From: an uncultured Spirochaetota bacterium
GTDB lineage: Bacteria > Spirochaetota > Spirochaetia > SZUA-6 > Fen-1364
Assembly (NCBI GenBank): GCA_963820525.1
Contig: CAWGAA010000002.1
Span: forward strand, 352,001-416,000
Reading direction: 5' to 3'
Length of the DNA: 64,000 bases
Part shown: in pieces, positions 18,701 through 27,710 of the stretch
Numbering within the stretch: position 1 is the stretch's first letter
How the letters are laid out: every line of letters begins with the position of its first letter
Position numbers and translations under genes: made by a program
The notes under the pieces: model-generated
The model's database searches: none
The model's input: only the letters and a program-made list of their open reading frames with translations
Told to the model about the DNA's origin: nothing

Positions 18701-19419
18701 TGGGGTCTCCTCTCGGATCGATTCCCGCTTTCACGCTCGAGGGCAGTTTCATCAACTATGGCGCCGTCCTTGAGAAAGACGATGCGGTCGGAATACGCGG
18801 CGATTCGCGGATCGTGAGTCACCATGACCACGGCTCTGCCGTACTCCTTGGTGACCTGGCGGAGGAGGGAAGCGATGCCGTCGGCGCTTCGCGTGTCCAG
18901 GTTTCCCGTCGGCTCGTCGGCGAGGACCAGCGCCGGTTCCGCCACCAGCGCGCGGGCGATGGCCACGCGCTGCTGCTGCCCGCCGGAGAGCTGATCGGGG
19001 CGGCTTTCAAGCCGATCCTCCAGCCCGAAGCGCTTCAGCCATTCAACGGCGAGCTTTTTCGCCTCCGCGGGCTTCATCCCGTCCAGGGTCATGGGCAGGG
19101 CGGCGTTCTCCGCGATGCTCAACACGGGGATAAGGTTGTAGAACTGGAATACCAGGCCGATCCGCCTTCTGCGAAGCCTGGCAAGCTCGTTGTCCTTCAT
19201 CTCCGAAAGACAGGCGCCGTCGATCGAGATTTTTCCTTCCGTGGGTCGGTCCAGGCCGCCCAGCAGGTGCAGGAGGGTGGATTTCCCGCATCCGCTGGGG
19301 CCCATTACCGCCACGAACTGTCCCGCGTCGATTTCCATGGACACGTGGGAAAGCGCCGTCACGGAAGCCTCCCCGGAGCCGTAGATCTTGGTGAGGTTTT
19401 CAGTGCGGATCAGTGCCAT
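18697..19419 (-). CDS. ABC transporter ATP-binding protein (LolD/MacB-like)
   Basis: [38 protein letters not shown]. Confidence 0.96.
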   Translation of the reverse strand: MALIRTENLTKIYGSGEASVTALSHVSMEIDAGQFVAVMGPSGCGKSTLLHLLGGLDRPTEGKISIDGACLSEMKDNELARLRRRRIGLVFQFYNLIPVLSIAENAALPMTLDGMKPAEAKKLAVEWLKRFGLEDRLESRPDQLSGGQQQRVAIARALVAEPALVLADEPTGNLDTRSADGIASLLRQVTKEYGRAVVMVTHDPRIAAYSDRIVFLKDGAIVDETALERESGNRSERRPQ

Positions 19420-20005
19420 TGCGTTCTCCTTTTCTTGGTCGTCCCCGGGGACGAATCTCAGGTTCAGGCAGCGGCTGCCGTTTCACTTCCTCCAGCCGCT
19501 GCTCGGTGATATCGAGCCAACGAAGGTCCGCCTCCAGATGCATCAAGGCCTTGTCCAGGAGGAGGATCTGCGCCATTTTCACGCGCGGGTCGTAGGCGTC
19601 ACGAAGCGCCGTCGTATCGTGGAGCTGCTGGAACAGGCACGCCCGCTGAGCCTGGATCAGCGCGGCGGGATCCGATTCTCCGCTCATCAGGCAGGTCATG
19701 AGCTTGACGAAGAACTCGTCCTGACGGTGCTTGGACTCGACACCCTGGGCAAGCCACTCCCGCAGCGACCTTTTGCCCTTGGCGGTTATCGAGTAGATCC
19801 GCTTCTCCGCCCCCCCGTCCCGGGCGAGGGACTGCCTGCCCACCAGCCCCGCGTGCTCCAGCCGCTCGAGGGTCGTGTAGACCTGGGCAGGCTTCAGGTC
19901 CCAGTTCGCGTCGCCTCCCATGAGAGCCTCGAAGGCGGAACGAAGCTCATACCCGTTGCGGGGTCGTTGAGCAAGAAGTCCAAGCAGCGCATACCGTACC
20001 GACAT
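19400..20005 (-). CDS. PadR family transcriptional regulator
   Basis: VRYALLGLLAQRPRNGYEL, QVYTTLERLE, KRIYSITAKG, RQDEFFVKL. Confidence 0.93.
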   Translation of the reverse strand: MSVRYALLGLLAQRPRNGYELRSAFEALMGGDANWDLKPAQVYTTLERLEHAGLVGRQSLARDGGAEKRIYSITAKGKRSLREWLAQGVESKHRQDEFFVKLMTCLMSGESDPAALIQAQRACLFQQLHDTTALRDAYDPRVKMAQILLLDKALMHLEADLRWLDITEQRLEEVKRQPLPEPEIRPRGRPRKGERNGTDPH

Positions 20006-20008
20006 AAA

Positions 20009-20067
20009 TACTCTACAAGTGAGTAGATTACGGATTAATTAATAAACGAGTTAGTAGATTATGTCAA
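20009..20067 (-). promoter_or_regulatory. Promoter/operator region of the padR-ABC operon
   Basis: TTGACA (20067-20062), 17 nt, TATTAA; inverted repeat TACTC-N7-GAGTA (20009-20025); AGTAGATTA repeated at 20022 and 20053. Confidence 0.55.
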
Positions 20068-20249
20068 GTACTTTTTTTGGGGCATGGGGCGGGCGAGCCG
20101 CAGGCGCGAATCGGGGGGAAACGGCGCGCTGCAACCATGGGGCAAGTGCGCCGTGAGCCGCGCGCCTGCATCGCCGCTCGGCTTGACGCCTTCGGACAAT
20201 GTGTAGTAATGTCCGTCCGTTCAGATTCGTCCTCGCCTTGAAAGGCTGC

Positions 20250-20322
<73 letters not shown>

Positions 20323-20439
20323 CGAGCGGCGCGCTTGGGACATCCCTGTCGTCGCCCGCCCTGATGGCCGTCCATGGATGAAGCGGGCGCTTGGGGAGTC
20401 CTTTAGGCTCGACGTGGGAAAGTATTTCTCAGTCGGCTA

Positions 20440-20469
20440 TTGACATTTTGTCGATAGTGTATGTAAATT
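20440..20469 (+). promoter_or_regulatory. Candidate sigma70 promoter for rpmG-secE-nusG
   Basis: TTGACA, 18 nt, TAAATT in an AT-rich patch. Confidence 0.5.
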
Positions 20470-20607
20470 TGTCACCCAATCCAGAGCTTGGTCGGCTGCG
20501 CGGCGCCGTTGCCTCCACCGACCTCCGACATTCGAAGGGCATGTGCCGGAAGGCAGCCGGCATCGCGGGGAGGCGACCGCGATCGTCCATCGCAACGGGA
20601 GATCCGA

Positions 20608-20784
20608 ATGGCAAAAGGCAAGGCAAAGAACCTCGAGCTCGTAGCGCTGCAGTGCAGCGTGTGCGATCGGAGGAACTATACCACCGCAAAGAACCGCAAG
20701 AACACCCAGGGCAAGCTCGAGTTCATGAAGTACTGCCGGTGGGATAGGAAGCATACTCTTCATAAGGAAGCGAAGATAAAGTAG
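20608..20784 (+). CDS. rpmG: 50S ribosomal protein L33
   Basis: ALQCSVCDRRNYTTAKNRKNTQGKLEFMKYCRWDRKHTLHKEAK; start re-set to ATG 20608. Confidence 0.97.
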   Translation: MAKGKAKNLELVALQCSVCDRRNYTTAKNRKNTQGKLEFMKYCRWDRKHTLHKEAKIK

Positions 20785-20795
20785 CAACTTGCCAT

Positions 20796-20869
20796 AGGCC
20801 AGTAGCTCCAACTGGTAGAGCGCCGGTCTCCAAAACCGGATGTTGCGGGTTCAAGTCCTGCCTGGCCTG
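20796..20869 (+). tRNA. tRNA-Trp(CCA)
   Basis: AGGCCAG/CTGGCCT acceptor, CCGGT-CTCCAAA-ACCGG anticodon arm, TTCAAGT T loop; canonical position between rpmG and secE. Confidence 0.97.
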
Positions 20870-20885
20870 AAAGCGGGAGAGGGGT

Positions 20886-21065
20886 ATGAGGAAGATCATC
20901 CTTTTTTTTCAAGAGAGTTTCGCGGAGCTGAAGAAGGTCACGTGGCCGAGCAGGGAAGAGGTCGTGTCCTCCACCAAGGTGGTGCTGGTATCTACTATTC
21001 TCATCGCGGCCATGCTGGGTATCGTCGATTTCGTCCTCTTCAAGCTCATAGACTTGATCTTCTGA
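20886..21065 (+). CDS. secE: Preprotein translocase subunit SecE
   Basis: Not in the ORF track (59 aa): MRKIILFFQESFAELKKVTWPSREEVVSSTKVVLV..., single TM helix. Confidence 0.96.
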   Translation: MRKIILFFQESFAELKKVTWPSREEVVSSTKVVLVSTILIAAMLGIVDFVLFKLIDLIF

Positions 21066-21077
21066 GCAAGGGACGGC

Positions 21078-21632
21078 ATGGCAAAGGGATGGTATGTGGT
21101 GCATACCTACTCCGGGTATGAGAACAAGGTGCAGAAGCACGTTCGAATGCTCGTCGAGAAGGGAACCCTGAAGGAGTTCGTCTTCGACGTGAAGGTGCCC
21201 TCGGAAGAAGTCGTGGAGATCAAGGACGGCAAGAAGAAGGTCTCCACGAAGAAATTCCTTCCCGGCTACATCATGGTTGAAATGGACCTTCCCGATCTGG
21301 GTTGGAAGGAAGTCTGCATGGAGATCCGAAAGATCCCCGGAGTGACGGGGTTCGTCGGGTCCCACAGAAACCAGAAGCCACAGCCCATCTCCCAGGAGGA
21401 GGCGCGGGGCATCCTCCAGAAGTCCGGCGAGATCAAGGCGGACAGGGCCCTCAAGCCCAAGCAGAGTTTTTCCGTGGGAGAGATGGTGCGCATCATCGAC
21501 GGCCCATTCGACTCGTTCACCGGAAGCATAGAAGAGGCGAACGCGGAAAAGGGCAAGCTCCGCGTCATGGTGGGTATTTTCGGGCGGTCGACGCCAGTGG
21601 AGGTTGATTTCCTCCAGGTCGAGAAGATTTGA
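21078..21632 (+). CDS. nusG: Transcription termination/antitermination factor NusG
   Basis: WYVVHTYSGYENKV, PGVTGFVG, KOW domain IFGRSTPVEV. Confidence 0.98.
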   Translation: MAKGWYVVHTYSGYENKVQKHVRMLVEKGTLKEFVFDVKVPSEEVVEIKDGKKKVSTKKFLPGYIMVEMDLPDLGWKEVCMEIRKIPGVTGFVGSHRNQKPQPISQEEARGILQKSGEIKADRALKPKQSFSVGEMVRIIDGPFDSFTGSIEEANAEKGKLRVMVGIFGRSTPVEVDFLQVEKI

Positions 21633-21715
21633 CGGGATCTTTCACGCAAACCAGGAACCCTCTCGGGACGGCGGGCAATCCGCCGCCCTGTGGCCGCGCG
21701 CATGCGCGGCCGATA

Positions 21716-21768
21716 TGGGAGCTCCCCGCGGCGTTGCGCGTTGCGCGACGGGGGAGCGATAGCACCAC
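21716..21768 (+). promoter_or_regulatory. Putative L1-binding autoregulatory mRNA leader
   Basis: TGG-GA-GCTCCCC...GGGGAGC-GATAGCA-CCA helix/asymmetric loop/helix directly before the rplK SD. Confidence 0.6.
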
Positions 21769-21783
21769 GGAGGAGGCTTAAGA

Positions 21784-22218
21784 ATGGCCAAGAAGACTGT
21801 CAAGGCTATCGTCAAGCTCCAGGTACAGGCGGGCAAAGCCACGCCGGCGCCCCCGGTCGGTCCGGCTCTCGGACCGCACGGAGTGCAGGCGGCGCAGTTC
21901 TGCCAGCAGTTCAACGAGCGGACGAAGAAGCAGGAAGAGGGCGTGCTCATTCCGGTGGTCATCACGATCTACACGGACAAGAGCTTCACCTTCATCACCA
22001 AGACCCCGCCGGCCGCGGTCCTCATCAGGAAGGCCCTCGGGCTGGAGAAGGGAAGCGGTGAGCCCAACAAGACCAAGGTCGGTGTGCTCAGCCGGGAGCA
22101 GCTTCGCGCCATCGCGCAGCAGAAGATGCCCGATCTGACGGCCAAGGACATCGAGGCGGCCATGAAGATCATCGCCGGAACCGCCCGCAGCATGGGCGTC
22201 ACGGTGGAGGGGGCCTGA
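21784..22218 (+). CDS. rplK: 50S ribosomal protein L11
   Basis: [30 protein letters not shown]. Confidence 0.98.
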   Translation: MAKKTVKAIVKLQVQAGKATPAPPVGPALGPHGVQAAQFCQQFNERTKKQEEGVLIPVVITIYTDKSFTFITKTPPAAVLIRKALGLEKGSGEPNKTKVGVLSREQLRAIAQQKMPDLTAKDIEAAMKIIAGTARSMGVTVEGA

Positions 22219-22219
22219 C

Positions 22220-22909
22220 ATGGCGCACGGAAAGAAATACAGGGCGTCCCTGGCCAAGTACGACAAGGCGACGGTCTACCCCATTGAGAAGGCCGTGGAC
22301 CTGGTGAAGGAGCTTGCATTCGCCAAGTTCGACGAGACCGTCGAGGTCTCCATGAAGCTCAACATCAAGAGCAAGCACACCATCCGCGACGTGATGGCGC
22401 TGCCTCACCTCTTCGGCAGGGAGAAGAAGGTCCTCGTGTTCGCCAAGGGAGACAAGGCGGAGGAGGCGCGGAAGGCCGGAGCCGCCTTTGTCGGAGACGC
22501 CGACCTGATCGAGAAGATCAAGGGCGGCTGGCTGGATTTCGACGTCGCCGTTGCCACTCCCGACATGATGAAGGACGTCGGCAAGCTCGGCCAGATCCTG
22601 GGCCGGCGCGGGCTGATGCCCAACCCCAAGACCCAGACGGTGACCTTCAACATCAAGGAAGCCCTCGATGAGCTGAAGAAGGGCCGCGTGGAGTACCGCG
22701 CCGACAAGGGCGGGGTGGTGCACCTGGCGGTGGGAAAGATCTCCATGGAAAAGGACCAGATCAAGGAGAACGCGGTGGCGTTCATCTCCGAGGTCATCCG
22801 CCGCAGGCCTTCGGACCTCAAGGGGGACTACATCAATTCGATCGTGCTCTCCTCGACAATGAGTCCCGGCGTACGGGTATCTCCGAAGGACAAGACCTTC
22901 GTCGCGTAA
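22220..22909 (+). CDS. rplA: 50S ribosomal protein L1
   Basis: [25 protein letters not shown]. Confidence 0.98.
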   Translation: MAHGKKYRASLAKYDKATVYPIEKAVDLVKELAFAKFDETVEVSMKLNIKSKHTIRDVMALPHLFGREKKVLVFAKGDKAEEARKAGAAFVGDADLIEKIKGGWLDFDVAVATPDMMKDVGKLGQILGRRGLMPNPKTQTVTFNIKEALDELKKGRVEYRADKGGVVHLAVGKISMEKDQIKENAVAFISEVIRRRPSDLKGDYINSIVLSSTMSPGVRVSPKDKTFVA

Positions 22910-22920
22910 GGAGCTGATAC

Positions 22921-23463
22921 ATGGCGCAAGAGACAAAGAAGATACAACCGGCAAAGCTGGAGGCGGCGGCAAAGCTGAAGGAGTTCGTCAGCGCGGCTCC
23001 CGACCTCATTTTCTCGGATTTCCGCGGGCTCAGCTTCCCCCAGATGACGGAGCTGCGGACAAAGCTGGGGGAGAAGGACGCTTCCTACCGCGTCGTGCGC
23101 AATTCGGCGGCGCGCATCGCCATAAAGGATGCGGGACTGCCCGATGCTTCGGACCTGCTGGTGGGGCCCACGGCGCTCGCCTTCCTGGGGAAGGACCCGG
23201 GGGCGGCGGCCAAGGTGCTGCTGGATTTCGCCAGGGGGGCTCCCCTGAAGGTCAAGGGAGGGGTCATCGGGGGTAAGCGCTTCAGCTCCGCCGAGATCGA
23301 GGTCCTTTCGCGGCTGCCCAGCAGGCAGCAGCTCATTGCCATGCTGATGGGCGCCATGAATGCGCCCCTCATGAACATGATGTACGTGATGAACGGGGTC
23401 ACCTCGAAGCTCGTTCGCACCCTGGCGGCCGTGGCCGACCAGAAGAAGGCACAAGGCAACTAA
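22921..23463 (+). CDS. rplJ: 50S ribosomal protein L10
   Basis: DFRGLS, RVVRNS, LVGPTAL, LSRLPSRQQLI; synteny. Confidence 0.96.
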   Translation: MAQETKKIQPAKLEAAAKLKEFVSAAPDLIFSDFRGLSFPQMTELRTKLGEKDASYRVVRNSAARIAIKDAGLPDASDLLVGPTALAFLGKDPGAAAKVLLDFARGAPLKVKGGVIGGKRFSSAEIEVLSRLPSRQQLIAMLMGAMNAPLMNMMYVMNGVTSKLVRTLAAVADQKKAQGN

Positions 23464-23534
23464 GGCAACTAGCGGGAACCAGTCTTCGCATACCCTGCCA
23501 GCTGGTACCGCATAAACAAGGAAGGAGAAGATAA

Positions 23535-23924
23535 ATGGCGGCACTTACAAAGGACCAGATCCTCGATGCAATCGCCGGAATGACGGTGCTCGAGGTCTCC
23601 GAGCTCGTGAAAGCGATGGAGGAGAAATTCGGGGTTACCGCGGCGGCGCCGGTGGCGGTCGCGGCGGCAGGCCCCGCCCAGGCAGCGGGCCCCGCGGCCG
23701 CTGAGGAGAAGACGGAGTTCACCGTCGTCCTCAAGAGCTTCGACGATACGAAGAAGATCCCCGTCATCAAAGAGGTGAGGGGGATCACGGGGCTCGGGCT
23801 GAAGGAAGCGAAGGATCTCGTGGAGGCGGGCAACAAGATGTTGAAAGAGAATGTCTCCAAAGAGGAAGCCGCGAAGATCAAGCAGCAGCTCGAGGCAGCC
23901 GGCGCGGTCGTTGAGATTCAGTAA
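23535..23924 (+). CDS. rplL: 50S ribosomal protein L7/L12
   Basis: [44 protein letters not shown]. Confidence 0.98.
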   Translation: MAALTKDQILDAIAGMTVLEVSELVKAMEEKFGVTAAAPVAVAAAGPAQAAGPAAAEEKTEFTVVLKSFDDTKKIPVIKEVRGITGLGLKEAKDLVEAGNKMLKENVSKEEAAKIKQQLEAAGAVVEIQ

Positions 23925-23965
23925 TTCCGCGCGGCCGCGCACGTATTCTGTAGACTCAAGTAAAA

Positions 23966-24001
23966 ACCACCGGAGAGGCGGCCTTCAGGTGGTCTATTCT
24001 T
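23966..24001 (+). terminator. Candidate attenuator hairpin between rplL and rpoB
   Basis: ACCACC...GGTGGT stem with inner GC pairs, followed by a weak T-rich tail (CTATTCTT). Confidence 0.4.
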
Positions 24002-24017
24002 GGCCGGGGGGGCGCGA

Positions 24018-27000
24018 ATGATTCTCGACAAGAGCAAAAAGATAAGTCGTATCGTTTTCGGCAGGGGCTACGAGGATGTCATGGAGATTCCCAACCTCAT
24101 CGACATCCAGCTCTTCTCCTACGAGAGGTTTCTCCAGAGGAAAACCCTGCAGAAGGCGGAACCCCCGTTGAAGCAGGGGCTGGAGGAGGTGTTTCTCTCC
24201 ACCTTCCCCATCGAGAGCCCCAACGGCGACATGATGCTGGAGTACCAGGGCTATTCGCTGGACGAACATAACATCAAGTTTTCCGAGCTCGCCTGCAAGC
24301 AGAAGGGGCTCACCTTCGCCATCCCGTTGAAGGCGAAGATCAACCTCATCTTCCTCAATACGGGAGAGATCAGGCAGAAAGAGATCTACATGGGGGACAT
24401 CCCCATCATGACGGACAAGGGCACCTTCGTCATCAACGGCGCCGAGCGCGTCGTGGTGAGCCAGATCCACAGGTCCCCCGGCGTCATCTTCTCTCACGAG
24501 AAGGGGGTGTACTCGTCCCGGATCATCCCCTACCGCGGCTCCTGGCTCGAGTTCGAGATCGACCAGAAAAAAGAGCTGATCTACGCCAAGATCGACCGGA
24601 AGAAGAGGATCCTGGCAACGATATTCCTTCGCGCCCTCGGGCATGAGAGCCGCGAATCGATCATCGAGCTTTTCTACAAGACGGAGAAGGCCAAGGTGAG
24701 CGACTCGCGGGAGGCGCGCGACAAGGTTGTGGGACGCAACTTCGCCCGCGACGTCGTGGTCCAGGAAGGAGAGGTCTCCAAGAAGCTCTACCGCGCCGGG
24801 GACAAGATACACCCTCACGACGTGGACGAGCTCACCCATGTCGGGGTGAAGGAGATCGAGCTCATCGATTTCGATCACGATGAGTCCCTCCATTCCGCCA
24901 TCATCCTGAACTGCTTCGAGCGCGAAGAGATGAAGTTCTCCAAGGAGGACCCCGAGCACGACGAGATCTCCAAGGACGAGGCGATCCTCCGGGTCTACTC
25001 CATCATCAAGCCGGGAGAGCCCATCACGATAGAGAACGCGGAGAAGGACCTCCACTCCATGTTCTTCTCCTCGCGCCGCTATGACCTCGGGCGCGTCGGC
25101 CGCTACAAGCTGAACAAGAAGTTCGACTACAAGGAGATCGTGAAGACCCATACCTTGATACAGGAGGACATCATCAACACGATGACCTGGCTCATCCAGG
25201 TGTACATCGGAGAGATGAACGTCGACGACATCGACCACCTGGGAAACAGGAGGGTCCGCTCCGTGGGCGAGCTTCTCACCAACCAGCTCAAGGTGGCCTT
25301 CACCCGCATGGAGAGGATCGCCAAGGAGAGGATGTCGCTGAAGGAAGCCGACACGATCAAGCCGCAGGACCTCATCTCCATAAAGCCCATCGTGGCCACG
25401 ATCAAGGAGTTCTTCGGCTCCTCCCAGCTCTCCCAGTTCATGGACCAGGTGAATCCGCTGGCCGAGCTCACCCACAAGCGCAGGCTCAACGCCCTGGGGC
25501 CGGGCGGCCTTTCGCGCGACCGCGCCGGGTTCGAGGTGCGCGATGTTCACTACACGCACTACGGCAGGATGTGCCCCATCGAGACGCCGGAAGGACCGAA
25601 CATCGGGCTGATCGTTTCGCTTGCAAACTACACCCGGGTCAACGAGTACGGCTTTCTCGAGACGCCCTACAGAAAAGTCGTGAAGGGCAAGGTCACCGAC
25701 CAGATCGAGTATCTCTCCGCAATGGACGAGGAGCGCTACTTCATCGCCCAGGCAAACGCGGCCCTTTCTCCCAAGGGAGAGTTCCTGGAAAAGCAGATTC
25801 CGGTGCGAAAGGGCGGAGACTACATCACCCGCCCCCCCGAGGACATCCAGTATATGGACGTCTCGCCCAAGCAGGTCATCTCCGTATCGGCCTCCCTCAT
25901 CCCCTTCCTGGAGCACGACGACGCAAACCGCGCCCTCATGGGCTCCAACATGCAGCGCCAGGCCGTGCCCCTGATCCAGCCCGAGCCGCCCCGCGTGGGA
26001 ACGGGCATGGAGGCGAGAACCGCCTACGACTCGGGGGTCATGGTGCTGGCCAAGCGGGCCGGGACGGTTACGTACGTCACGTCTCTTGAAGTTCACGTCA
26101 AGCCGGACGAGGCCCGGCGCGACAACGACCTCTACGTATTACAAAAATACCAGCGCACCAACCAGGATACCTGCTACAACCAGAAACCCATCGTCTCCGT
26201 GGGCCAGCACCTGGACTCCGGAGCGGTGATCGCGGACGGCCCGGCAACCTACCAGGGGGAGCTCGCCCTCGGCCGGAACCTCCTGTGCGCGTTCATGCCG
26301 TGGAACGGCTACAACTACGAGGACGCCATCCTCATCTCGGAAAAGGTCGTTCAGGACGACCTTTTCAGCTCCATCCACATAAAGGAGTTCTCCGTCGAGG
26401 TGAGGGAGACCAAGCTGGGGCCCGAGAAGATCACCCGCGACATCCCCAACACCAACGAGCACGCCTTCGAGCAGCTGGACGATGAAGGGATCATCCGGGT
26501 GGGCGCCATGGTCAAGGCAGGCTCCATCCTTGTGGGAAAGGTCACCCCCAAGAGCGAGACCGACTCCACGCCGGAGTTCAAGCTCCTGAACTCGATCTTC
26601 GGAGAGAAGGCCAAGGAGGTGCGCGACACCTCCCTGCGCGTGCCCCATGGAGTGGAGGGCACCATCATCGACGTGCAGCGTCTCAGGCGCGCAAACGGCG
26701 ATGAGCTGGATCCCGGCGTCGAGGAGGTGGTGAAAGTCCTCATCGCGGCCAAGCGGAAGCTCCAGGAGGGAGACAAGCTGGCGGGGCGGCACGGGAACAA
26801 GGGCGTCGTGGCCCGCGTGCTCCCCATAGAAGAGATGCCGTACATGGAAGACGGCACCCCCATCGACATCGTGTTGAATCCCCTGGGCGTTCCCTCGCGT
26901 ATGAACCTGGGGCAGATCATGGAGACGGAGCTGGGATGGGCGGGCTCGGCCCTCGACGAATGGTATTCCACGCCTGTCTTCCAGTCCGCATCCAACGAGA

Positions 27001-27515
27001 TGATCGAGGCCAAGCTGAAGGCCGCCAAGCTTCCGGAGAACTCGAAGGTGACCCTCTTTGACGGGCTCAACGGCGAGGCCTTCGAAAACCAGATCACGGT
27101 GGGGACCATCTACATTCTCAAGCTCCATCACCTGGTGGACGACAAGATGCACGCCCGCTCGACGGGGCCCTACTCCCTGGTGACCCAGCAGCCGTTGGGC
27201 GGCAAGGCCCAGTTCGGCGGCCAGAGGCTGGGAGAGATGGAAGTGTGGGCGCTGGAAGCCTACGGCGCTGCCAACACGCTCCAGGAGCTCCTCACGGTGA
27301 AGTCCGACGACATGATGGGCCGCGCGAAGATCTACGAGAGCATCGTGAAGGGGGAGATATCGACCAGCCCCGATATCCCGGAAAGCTTCAATGTGCTCGT
27401 CCAGGAGCTCCGGGGTCTGGCCTTGGATATCAGCATCTTTGACCTTAAGAACAAGCAGATCGCGCTCACGGAGCGCGATGAGGAGCTCATCGACCGGCAG
27501 ATGAGCAGGTTTTAG
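24018..27515 (+). CDS. rpoB: DNA-directed RNA polymerase subunit beta
   Basis: [50 protein letters not shown]; start re-set to ATG 24018. Confidence 0.99.
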   Translation: MILDKSKKISRIVFGRGYEDVMEIPNLIDIQLFSYERFLQRKTLQKAEPPLKQGLEEVFLSTFPIESPNGDMMLEYQGYSLDEHNIKFSELACKQKGLTFAIPLKAKINLIFLNTGEIRQKEIYMGDIPIMTDKGTFVINGAERVVVSQIHRSPGVIFSHEKGVYSSRIIPYRGSWLEFEIDQKKELIYAKIDRKKRILATIFLRALGHESRESIIELFYKTEKAKVSDSREARDKVVGRNFARDVVVQEGEVSKKLYRAGDKIHPHDVDELTHVGVKEIELIDFDHDESLHSAIILNCFEREEMKFSKEDPEHDEISKDEAILRVYSIIKPGEPITIENAEKDLHSMFFSSRRYDLGRVGRYKLNKKFDYKEIVKTHTLIQEDIINTMTWLIQVYIGEMNVDDIDHLGNRRVRSVGELLTNQLKVAFTRMERIAKERMSLKEADTIKPQDLISIKPIVATIKEFFGSSQLSQFMDQVNPLAELTHKRRLNALGPGGLSRDRAGFEVRDVHYTHYGRMCPIETPEGPNIGLIVSLANYTRVNEYGFLETPYRKVVKGKVTDQIEYLSAMDEERYFIAQANAALSPKGEFLEKQIPVRKGGDYITRPPEDIQYMDVSPKQVISVSASLIPFLEHDDANRALMGSNMQRQAVPLIQPEPPRVGTGMEARTAYDSGVMVLAKRAGTVTYVTSLEVHVKPDEARRDNDLYVLQKYQRTNQDTCYNQKPIVSVGQHLDSGAVIADGPATYQGELALGRNLLCAFMPWNGYNYEDAILISEKVVQDDLFSSIHIKEFSVEVRETKLGPEKITRDIPNTNEHAFEQLDDEGIIRVGAMVKAGSILVGKVTPKSETDSTPEFKLLNSIFGEKAKEVRDTSLRVPHGVEGTIIDVQRLRRANGDELDPGVEEVVKVLIAAKRKLQEGDKLAGRHGNKGVVARVLPIEEMPYMEDGTPIDIVLNPLGVPSRMNLGQIMETELGWAGSALDEWYSTPVFQSASNEMIEAKLKAAKLPENSKVTLFDGLNGEAFENQITVGTIYILKLHHLVDDKMHARSTGPYSLVTQQPLGGKAQFGGQRLGEMEVWALEAYGAANTLQELLTVKSDDMMGRAKIYESIVKGEISTSPDIPESFNVLVQELRGLALDISIFDLKNKQIALTERDEELIDRQMSRF

Positions 27516-27710
27516 CCCGCGGGCGTCGACCGAGCCCGAATGGGCGAGGTGACACCCGCACCGCGTCGCCGCGAAAGCGGGACACGGGCAACGCCGGCGT
27601 CGGCCGAGTTCCGCGTTTCGCTATGCGAAACGCTAGACGAGGCGACACCGGCAGCGCGGAAGCGCGCGCCGGCGCGCATTCGCGGCGGCGAATGCGCATG
27701 GGGAGGATAC

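Noticed and set aside
27540..27710. 57-aa N-terminal extension of RpoC
   Set aside because: Translation of a hairpin-rich spacer; a strong GGAGG precedes ATG 27711, where homology begins.
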